DNA from: Priapulus caudatus
Lineage: Eukaryota
Direction of reading: 5' to 3'
DNA: 34,491 nucleotides
NCBI RefSeq assembly: GCF_000485595.1
Contig: NW_014577064.1
Location: 163,363 to 197,853, forward strand
Shown here: piece after piece, positions 17,222 to 27,499 of the stretch
Layout of the letters: each line of letters opens with the position of its first letter
Position numbering within the stretch: the stretch's first letter is position 1
Notes under the pieces: generated by a model
What the model was told of the DNA's origin: nothing
The model's input: the letters and a program-made list of their open reading frames with translations, nothing else
Database searches by the model: none
Program-made: the position numbers and the translations under genes

Positions 17222-20200
17222 ATGACGGCCTGTGCGGTGCTGCAGCACGAGCAGCTAACGCAGGAGATCCAGCAGTACGGAGAATGCCTGCTAGAGGAAG
17301 CCGCGAAGCTGCTCACGAAGCAGAAGTTGGTCGACGGCAGCGTTCAGACGGCTGGCGGCACCTACTCGTTCACCTGCCACCGGCTGTTGCTGGCCACCTG
17401 CAATCCTCGCCTCACAGACCAGGTGCTGCTGAAGAGGTCACTGCCGTCGTACACGCTGAACGTGCGCAGCCAGTACATTCTCAACGTCTTCAAGTGCTAC
17501 CTGTACACGGGCACGATACACCTGCACGAGGCCGACGTCACGGCGACCATCGACGAGATGGACGACAAATTCCTGTTTCCGGAGATCAAGCAGGCGTTCG
17601 AGGTGTTCACGACGATACTGGCGAAAAACATGAACAAGTCCAAGTTTCTCGTGAAGGGGAAAGGCTTGTGGGATCTGACGGCGTATGTCGAGGTGACGTC
17701 GAAAGAGCCTCTCGTCTGCAAGTTTGACATTCGAAAGATGCGGATACGAATCATGCTGAGCTTACTCGGCAAGTTGTATTACCGCTCGCAGAGTCACACC
17801 CACCACGAGCAGTTTGACATCCTCGTCGGATCGTCGGATTCAACTTCAAAAAAGTCTGTGATGTTCGGAGCTCACAAGCTCGTCCTCGCGATCGCATGCA
17901 GCAAAATCACGCCACTGCTTCTCCAAAATAATAACGTCCCCGCTATTAAGTTTGGCGGGGTGGTGACGGAGCGAGCGATTTCGGCAACGTTGAAGTCCGT
18001 GTACACGAGCGTGACTGATCTAGAACAGAAGCACGATGCGGGCCGCATGGTAGATAAGAAACTCTGCTGGGAGGTGATGAAGTCTGCGCAGACGTTTGGA
18101 ATGGCCTCGCTCGAGCGCACGTGTCACGCGCTGCTCCAGGCTGGTTAGTATCTACAGAGATGTCAAGAATAACAATGTTTTTTTTTTCCCGTCGCCTATT
18201 TTTGTGGTGCAGGTGATGTTCAGTGGTAAGAAGAATAGAAGATAAATTAGCTTGACCTGCGGTTGTCAAGCTTGGTCAGACAGAGGCAGCCATTGTCGGG
18301 CTCAGCTTTGCACATATCTTGTGTAAACATGTTTAATTGGCGCGGTATCACCAGCATTCATTTAATCCTTGGCCACACTTGTGCGTACTTGAAAATTAAA
18401 AATCTTTTTTAATTTCCTCTGCAGGCAGTGAACTCAAAGCACCTGTCTCTAGTAAAGTGGCAGTGCCGACACAGCTTGTGCAAGTGAAGACGGAGCCAAA
18501 AGGTAGACGCTAATACATACATGTCTCAAACTGCAAAATGTTTGCTAGATAACATATCAGTAGAGAGCGATGAAGTAGTATGAGCAAAGAGGTATTACGT
18601 ATGCCTGGAGCCTGTTGTCAGAAACAAAATTAGTCTTAACATTAGTCTTAACACTAACATTTTCTCGTAGACCGCCGACATCACTTTGTTTTGTATTGTT
18701 ATGAGGAAATCTGCTACGATTTTTCATTCAGGTAACTTGGCAGCGTTTCTGTCAACGGTCTGAGAGAAAAAGTTAATGTTAAGACTGATGTTAAAACTAA
18801 TTTTGTTTCTGATAACGGTCCTCTGACCTTTGATATAACAGACGTGCTAGGTCTGTTTTCTATTAATTAACCTAGCTTTCAATTGGGTATTAGAAGCGTG
18901 AGACGCTCCCGGAGGCTGTGTTAGTTTAATCGAGACAGAGCTTCTCTAGCGCCCCCTACAGTGGCAATGAGTAAATTTAAACACGTGCGCGTTTAACCCT
19001 CTCCTCTCCGCACAGATGCCGTTCCACCTCCAGCATCGACGCAGAGTGCACAGCCAGCGACCGCAGCTCCCGACACGAACGCTAATGGTGCCGAGGAGGG
19101 CGGGAGCGCGTCTCCTCCGCCTGCGCCCCAGTCTCGCGGCGACAGCGATGCGGACGAGCCGGCGACGCGGTACGGCTACCGGCTGCTGGCGCGGCTCAAC
19201 GCGATGCGCGTCGCCGAGCAGCTGACGGACGCGTTCATCGTGGGGCGCGGCGGCGCGCGCTGCATGGTCACCGTGCACAAGCTGATGCTGGCGGTGACGA
19301 GCACGTACACGCGCAGCCACCTCGACCGCTCGCTCTGCTCAAACACGTTCGTCTTCAGCTGCCACAAGGAGATCCTTCTCGCCCTCGCTCGCTTTCTCTA
19401 CACCGGCGTCATCGAGCTGAACGAGACTCTGCTGGGACTCTCCGACAAGGTTGTAGTCATGGTTACAACTTACACGCAGTAGCGTCAATGTATTTACCAC
19501 TATCAGTTAATTCTTACTATTTTTACGTAACTGTTATAATGATTATTTATCGTTCATTGATTATTATTATTGTTGTTATTATTACTGTTATTATTATTAT
19601 TGTTATTATTATTATTGTCATTATTACTATTAATTTATAATATATAGCAGTTCCATCAGTATCCATATATTCAGTTTCACAACTCACCACTCTTCACGAC
19701 CTGCCAGCACAGCGTCACAGCGTTAGCTAGGAGTGAGAGCGCGAGCGGTGGAACGCCTGCACGACCTGCCACACAGCGTCAGCTAGGAGTGAGAGCGCGA
19801 GCGGTGGAACGCCTGCACGACCTGACACACAGCGTTAGCTAGGAGTGAGAGCGCGAGCGGTGGAACGCCTGCACGACCTGCCACACAGCGTCACAGCGTT
19901 AGCTAGGAGTGAGAGCNNNNNNNNNNNNNNNNNNNNNNNNNNNNNNNNNNNNNNNNNNNNNNNNNNNNNNNNNNNNNNNNNNNNNNNNNNNNNNNNNNNN
20001 NNNNNNNNNNNNNNNNNNNNNNNNNNNNNNNNNNNNNNNNNNNNNNNNNNNNNNNNNNNNNNNNNNNNNNNNNNNNNNNNNNNNNNNNNNNNNNNNNNNN
20101 NNNNNNNNNNNNNNNNNNNNNNNNNNNNNNNNNNNNNNACAGCGTCACAGCGTTAGCTAGGAGTGAGAGCGCGAGCGGTGGAACGCCTGCACGACCTGCC

Positions 20201-23200
20201 ACACAGCGTCAGCTAGGAGTGAGAGCGCGAGCGGTGGAACGCCTGCACGACCTGACACACAGCGTTAGCTAGAGAGTGAGAGCGCGAGCGGTGGAACGCC
20301 TGCACGACCTGCCACACAGCGTCACAGCGTTAGCTAGGAGTGAGAGCGCGAGCGGTGGAACGCCTGCACGACCTGCCACACAGCGTCACAGCGTTAGCTA
20401 GGAGTGAGAGCGACGGATGCAGGCGTTCCACCGCTCGCGCTCTCACTCCTAGCTAACGCTGTGACGCTGTGTGGCAGGTCGTGCAGGCGTTCCACGTCGA
20501 GGACTTCAGCCGCGTCGTCGACATCTTCCGACGGCTCGTGGCGCTGAAGGAGGTGATGCCCGGCGGCGGCGAGGCGGCGTGGCGCGCGATCCTCGCTGCC
20601 GAGAGCCGCCGCCTCGACGGAGACATCCGGCTGCTCAGCGCCGAGCCGCTCTCCTGCCGGTTTGACGTGCGGCTGCAGCGGCTGCGCTCGACCTTCCTCG
20701 GCCTCAAGTACATCTACGCACAGATGATGTACACCGACGTGAAGGTAACCTCCCCGGGTGGTGGTGGTAGGGTTAGGGTTAGGGTTAGGGTTTGGTGGTG
20801 GTGGTGGTGGGGGCGGACGTGAAGGTAACCTCCCCGGGTGGGGGCGGGGGCGTAGTGGGGGCGTCGTCGCAGAGTTTTCTGTTTGGAGGGACGCGGTCGA
20901 GAAATCGATGAGGGAGAGGGATTGAAATCTGAGGAAAATGCTGAATATCACACGCTGGTTGGAATTTTTCAAAAACGTAAAAGTAAAGGTTAACGTTTGG
21001 GGTTTTTCAATAGATAAAAATCTCAGTAGGTGAATGAGAATTGCTGTTACAAGTCGTCAACGGACGTGACTGGTAGGTGCTCTCAGGCACTCTCAGTCTG
21101 GCTTTTAGAGGTGCTGCAAGAACGTGTTAATTCCAGCATACAATACGTGCAAAAACTATTGATCTATGCATGCCCCAGAAAAGCTTTGACAAATATAGCA
21201 ATGTGCTGTGAGCTGATTGTTAATATAGTCTGCCCGTGCCCTGGCAAATCTTAATCATCAACGGGTGGGAGGTGGGAAGCAAACATAGAGTGCCCGGGAA
21301 TACATAAATTTCCTCATTGTGTACCTGTACGATTTGTAGCAGTAGTTTTTATTTATCCGTAGAAACAAATCTTCAAAAATTAGATTTTAACTTTCACTTC
21401 TACTCGTGTTCAAAATGTGACGCGCGGCGCAATGTCATTGTTTTTCCTCCGTTCTGTTTAACTTGCGGTGAAAGTTAACGGAAATGCTTTAGCCGCGATA
21501 TCTTATCGGCGCTATTCGCGCAACACAAGTAAGGCGTGTGTCGCGGTGTGTGTACACAGGTGGTCGGCTGCGGCGCGGGCGAGGCGCAGGTACGGACGGC
21601 TCATCGCGTCGTCGTTGCCGCGGCGATGCCTGACTGCGTGCGGTCGGTGCTGGTGAGCGACTCGAGCGTCGACACCGTCTGCTTCGACGACGTCAGCGAC
21701 GCGGTCGTCGAGGTCATCCTCAGGTTCATCTACTCGGGGAAGCTGACGCTGCCAGAAGGAAGCCAGGTTGATGCCGACATGCTTGCCTGCATACACAAGG
21801 TGAGTCCCACGCTCGCTCGCTCACACGCATGCGTACTTCTCACGACGTCGTTCTTTTTATATTGAGGACATATGTTATTGTTATGTGGCTTTAAAGTATC
21901 GTGCATTGTAATTTTGGCAGGTCATGTAGCGTGCCATGTAATTTAAACAGATATGTTTGAAAATCAGTGTCCACAAAATGCTTCTGTTTCTGGCTCAACC
22001 AGGCAATAACTTTACAGGGATATATATTATGTTTTGAGATGCCTAAGACAATTTTAATGATTTAATATCTAAAATTTTCTGTGAATTAATTTTGTCAGTG
22101 AGAATTGCAAGTAACTTGTTTCATAAAAACATGTTAGTGGTAGCTGAATAAAAAGAAAGAAGACTGCCCTTCTGTATAGAATTGTCACCTGTCGATAAAG
22201 GCCACTTTTTGTGTTTCACTTAAGTGGCCCATATATACAGGTTTGACTAATTAAATATACAGCTTTAACGATGTTGTTTACTAGGAAGTTATATCGCTTT
22301 GTTTGACATCAAATTATCACTATGACGACATTTGTTTTTGACACGTTATCACGTAGGTGGCTATCAGCATTGAGCTACCGGAGTTAGCAGATATTGCACA
22401 GCAGTTGTTGGAACCTTTACACAAGGGAGATCTGTCCGAGCAGGCGTATAGAGTGACGTGTTCGGTCATGAAAGCTGGTAAGTGTAACAATTGTGAACAT
22501 GCCCGATTAAAAACATTCGATTGCAAATGAAAGTTTGGAGTTTGTGGGTGTTAGCTGGTTATGTTACAGATATTGGGCAGTATTGGCCAGCATATGTTCC
22601 TGCATCCGTGTTGTCGAGGCACTTTTTATTGGCTTCATGTTTTGTACATGACGTACATAGTGTACATGTGTTTTTCGTCAACAGATGCAAAAGTCTGCAA
22701 TATTTTGCAAGAAACAAGCTCCAGCCTGATGGTTCTGAGAGTGAAAATTCATTATGACCAGCCGGTGATCGTCAGTGTCAGTGCAGACAAGAAGGGTGCC
22801 ACGGAAGCCATGCTAGCTGCAACCGTAAGTGCAAAAACTCAGTAAAAGTTGTAAGTGACAGACTCTCGTGTTGTTGTTGTGGGTTACGTTTTCACATGCT
22901 GTAAAAGACAGGAGTGTAATGGAATGGTATCGAAGAGAAGATAATGAAATAAAAGAAGCCTTATGTAGCACCTGTATACAGGGGTTCCCATGGTCATGGA
23001 AAAGCACGGAAGTGCATGGAAAGCATTGCAGTCATGTAAAGTTCATGGTATGCACTATAAGCTTTATACCATAATAGCAACGGTGACCCATAACCCTTCA
23101 TTTACTATAATACATAATATGTTTTCTGATAATCGACGGACACTTGTGCTTGTACAGTACATGTCCTGGGCCTGATGGCTTTGTGATGGTAGTTTTCCAG

Positions 23201-26200
23201 TTCACAAATTTCATTGTAATGCACCTTTGAGCACAATGCATTTATAGAATTATTTAATCGTGCTCTAAACTGGGCGGCTGAAGGGTGTCATGCTCCTTTT
23301 TATCAAGAGCGAAATACGGGTTGAGTATGCCACTAGTCATTCAGTGTGTTGGAGTGCACTTATTCCGGGGCGAGTGTGCTTGAGTTGACTGATGGTGCAC
23401 TCTATTCTAAAACACTAATTATTTTCTTGTTAAATAAGTAAAGGCTTTAGTGACAGAATTGATATTAAGGTTAAAACAATTGAAATTTGAATTAGGATTT
23501 AATAGTGAATAGAGGAGTGCAAGCTTTATTCTCCCTATGCTTCTTATCACTACTGTTTGTATTATTTTGCAATGAGTGCTTGCGCATATTAGTAAACTGC
23601 GCTAAATAAAGCTGTACATATATTACACGGTGTTATTACAGCGATAATACTGCTTCTGTGTCTTCCACACGCTACGAGTAACGTTTCATCTGGTAGAAAT
23701 AACTTGATTAATTGTCCTTATTCTCCTGTGTTTATTAAGGACGTAGCCAGTACCCAGACCACGTGTGCGCCTGGTGTGGAGGAAACGGAGCAGACGCCTC
23801 TGGCCATATTCAAGCAGCAGGTAGACAGTGGTAGAGGGCGTGGTGACGCTCATAAGCCATCAGCGTGCGCTTGCTATGAAAATCGTATTAATAATGTCTC
23901 ACTGGGCGTGGTCGCATGTTCGTACGAGAGCAACCGTAGGCCACCATTTGCGGAAGTCCTTTGTTACAACAAGTTTGTGTGATGCACGCACAGAAATGCT
24001 ATTGATCAAGGAGTGTTCATCAGCTGTTAACAGCCATGTCTGAGCCGACAGTGTATCACAGTACGCAAAATACGCGTGGGTAAAACTTGTAATGCCTTTT
24101 TACTTTGTTTTTCTTGCTGAGCACAGGCAAAGAAGTTTCTCTGGCATTCTGGGCGAAGCTCTTGCCTGGCCAATGACATGGCGAAGATTAACATATTCAT
24201 CAGGCAGACGTGGCGCGATCTTACCTATCAGCAGAAACGCATTTATTCGGTATCGGGCAAGATTGACTTTGACGAGGTGTGTAAGAAGTGGCGCGAAATG
24301 GGTAGCATACATGTCTTGTACCAGGCGTTAACGTGACAATTGGCCATTGAGTCCTTTTCCAACTGTGATAGCACATTTAAGCACACATGCATGCACACAC
24401 GTGTGCTTGCCTACAGGTACCCGCACGCGGACGCCGGCACACACGTATTCACGCACGTACACTGGCGCAGACGCATGCATGCATGCAGGAACACACACCC
24501 ACCCAAACAATCATACGCATGCATGTACACACACGCACGCACGCACATACACGCACAGACACGCACACACGTGCACAAATATATATTTATATGTATTTAA
24601 TATTGGTTTTAAAGCCGCACTATGCGCATCCAAATGCTAATTTCTCCAGTGCTAGACTAGCAAATACTTCGTGTCATGTATAATCACACTACCTTATGGC
24701 AAAATAAACTCTAGTTCCTCCCATTTCACTGCGCGTTTGCTTAAAACCCACAAGAAAGAGGTGCGAAATCTGGTAATCTGGCGCCAACGCCGACTTGTTT
24801 GCCAAACAATTTGGCCTCGAAGCGGTTAGGTGACGTCACATGTTTTTATCTTTGCTACACCCGTACGGTTGCTTGGGAGAGCAACGCGAAACTGTCAACA
24901 ACATCGGAGAATTTGAACGACATTGGAGGTATTTTCAAATGCCTTTTATAAGACAACGCGCAGTGAAATGGGAGGAACTAGAGTTTATTTTGTCATAAGG
25001 TAGTATGATTCTGCATGACACGAAGTATTTGCAAGTCTAGTACTGGAGAAATTAGCGTGTAGATGCGCATAGTGCGGCTTTAAGGGATATTGCAATATAT
25101 ATAGTTCATTTCAGATAGGGCTCACATGTATTGGTTAGTTTGGTCAAATATTTACATAATTATCTACCATGTCTACAGTGATAGATAACCTAATCTGAAT
25201 CATGACAATGATGACATTTTACACTTTCAGATATTTAGTTTGGAGAAGGTTGCAGAGTTTAAAGATTTCTATAGTGAAGATGAACACGAAGGTAAGCATT
25301 TATAGTTTTATATCAGTAATGTTTTCATGGTGTTCCCACACATTAGGTGATGATTTCTTAGGATCTTGACTTTCCAATGTAGACGTTATAACATAGTAAC
25401 ATTAAACCGATAATTCGTCCCTCAAATGCTTGGTCAAGTTATACCGCATTTACACAAAATTAAGGTAAGAGTTGCATGCCGCGGAGCTACAGTTGCATGC
25501 CGCGGAGCAACAGTTGCATGCCGCGGAGCTACAGTTGCATGCCGCGGAGCAACAGTTGCATGCCGCGGAGCAACAGTTGCATGCCGCGGAGCAGGAGCGC
25601 AGACGCGTTCAAAGCTCGTATTTTAACGTGCGCCCGTGCTGCGTTCACGCATCACCCGCGCCGCCCGGTAACATGACTCGCGTCTATTCGCAGCCAAGCG
25701 CCAGCGTCCGGGACGACTCGCGATGGCCGGCAAGCAGACGGCGCGCAAGGAGAGCTCGTCGCGCGCGCGCCGCGTCGGCAACAGCGACCCGCGCAGCATC
25801 CGCGGCAAGACGTCGCGCAGCCACTCGCTCGCGCTGCTCGACGCGCTGGCTGCCATGGCCGAGGCGGACGAGCTGACGGACACGCGCGTGCACAGCTGCC
25901 ACCTGAAGCGCGTGCACCGCGTCGTCATCGCGTCCGGCAGCCACCTGCTCATGCGCAAGGTGGCGCTGCTGGGCGCCACCGCGCAGTCGTACAAGTTCGA
26001 CTACTCAGAGCCCGTCGTCGCCGCGATCTGCCGCTACCTCTACTCCGGCATGCTCGCCGTGAGCGAGGAGGTCGCCGACGAACTGAAGGCGTTCGCCGAA
26101 GAGTATGACCTGCGCGAGGTCTGCGACGCGATGTTCGTCTTCGGGAAGCTGCGTGAGATCGCGCGCTCGGGCGGCGACCCCGACGATGCTGTCGAGACGA

Positions 26201-27499
26201 TCTTCAAGCGCTCGTTCTACGGCAAGGTGAAGGTGGGCCGCGGCGGCGACGGCAGCGGCCTCGAGTGCGTCTTCCTGATGCGCGAGCAGCGCGCGAGCGA
26301 GATGGTCGAGACGCTGAAGACGATGTACCAGAAGCGGCTGTTCACCGACCTGGAGGTGAGCGGCGGCCGCGAGTCGGCGCCCGTCTACGAGGTGCACGCG
26401 TGCGTGCTGTACGCGGTGGCGCGCGGCACGGCGTTCGCGCGCGACATCGTGGGCGGGCGGCGCGGAACGCGGCGGCGCGGGCCGCAAGCGGCCCGCCGCG
26501 AACGGCTACGTGCGTCGCGACGCGCTGCGGCTGCGCGCGTGTCGGCGGCGCCGTCGAGCCGCTGCTGCTCTACTAGTGTACGTGGGGCTGCTGCCAGCCT
26601 CGCCACGCCGACGTCGCGCACGCGATCCTGCGCGGCCAGCCGCCTGCTGCAGCTGCGCGAGGTCGAGACCGCCTCGCGCGCGTTCCTCCGCGACGCCGCC
26701 GTGTCGACGAGGACGCGCGACGAGCGGATCGCCGCGGCGATGCGCGCAGGACGCGGCCGCGGCGGACGAAGCAACCCGTACGTCCGGCTCACCGACAGCT
26801 GTTCCTGCTGCGGGGCTCGGCACGACCACGCGATCCGTCGACCTGACGCACCTGACGCACCTGATAGCGCCGGACACGCTGGAGCGGCGCGGCGGCGACG
26901 AGGAGGAGGAGGAGGAGGAGGAGGAGCTGGGCGCGCGTGGGAAGACGCTCGTCTGTCACCGCTGCGGCACGCTGTTTGAGCGCATCGCTCACCTGCGCGC
27001 TCACCTCGAGCGACACCGGCCCGCGCCGCACTACCCCGCGCTGCTCTACCCCGCGGAACTCGCCGCCACCTTCAGCCGTGCGAAGCCGCTACGCTCGTGG
27101 CCCGCGACGAAGGGTCGGCTCACCGACCTCCGACCCGCGATCAACTGCCTCCAGGGGGCGGGCTCGTCGCTCGCGTACGGCTACCTGATGTGCGAGTACT
27201 GCCTGACGACGGGATTCGCCGACATCGAGCAGCTGTTCCGGCATTTCGGGCGGCCCGTCGACGGCCACTCGCCGATCACGCAGTACCGGCACACGCGCAT
27301 GTTGAAGTGCGCGAGCTGCGGCGTGAAGATACGCCTGATGAACATCGACATCAAGGAGCACGTCATCAACCACCACTGCGTGGCGCCACTGACGATCCTC
27401 AGCCACCGCGAGGTCGACGACCACCTGTGCAACGTCTGCGGACACGTGTTCGTCAACCTGCGGTTTCACATGGCCGACGCGCACGATGTGTACCTGTAG
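17222..27499 (+). CDS. 10-exon multi-BTB/POZ plus C2H2 zinc-finger protein (six BTB domains, about 4-5 zinc fingers, about 1380 aa)
   Basis: Exons 17222-18143, 18425-18502, 19016-19449, 20478-20744, 21560-21799, 22357-22477, 22685-22824, 23740-23820, 25231-25291, 25694-27499; all GT-AG and phase-compatible. In-frame stop at 17165 precedes the ATG. BTB hallmarks repeat six times (CHRLLLA..YLYTG, AHKLVLA..VYT, VHKLMLA..FLYTG, AHRVVVA..FIYSG, VHRVVIA..YLYSG, LFTDLEV..VHACVL). Fingers include CHRC..HLERH, CASC..HVINHH, CNVC..HMADAH. Frameshifts at about 26450-26850. Confidence 0.85.
18608..18822. mobile_element. Intronic MITE with CTG target-site duplication (PIF/Harbinger-type)
   Basis: Imperfect TIRs of about 55 bp (GTTGTCAGAAACAAAATTAGTCTTAACA / TGTTAAAACTAATTTTGTTTCTGATAAC); CTG at 18605-18607 and 18823-18825. 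Confidence 0.75.
19557..19635. repeat. (TTA/TTG)n microsatellite
   Basis: Visible directly. Confidence 0.9.
19695..20495. repeat. About 55-64-bp minisatellite that is the reverse complement of the exon-4 splice acceptor region; spans a 222-N gap
   Basis: 20291-20368 is the exact reverse complement of 20418-20495, which holds the branch-like CTAAC, the acceptor CAG and 18 nt of exon. Confidence 0.9.
24380..24577. repeat. Degenerate (CA)/(GCAC)/(GCAT) low-complexity tract
   Basis: Visible directly. Confidence 0.8.
24613..25079. mobile_element. Non-autonomous DNA transposon with long TIRs and TTAA TSD (Kolobok-like)
   Basis: TTAA|AGCCGCACTATGCGCATC...GATGCGCATAGTGCGGCT|TTAA with about 125-bp imperfect TIRs. 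A purine-purine 5' end with TTAA fits Kolobok rather than piggyBac (CCY). Confidence 0.85.
25470..25593. repeat. Intronic 21-bp tandem repeat, about 6 copies
   Basis: Unit AGTTGCATGCCGCGGAGC(T/A)AC. Confidence 0.95.

Noticed and set aside
20769..20792. Chromosome end or telomere fusion site
   Set aside because: Only about four units, inside an intron with a continuous gene structure on both sides.
25472..25876. Heptad-like ORF (LHAAEQQ)n
   Set aside because: It is an intronic 21-bp repeat in a different frame from exon 10, with no ATG start or supporting splice sites.
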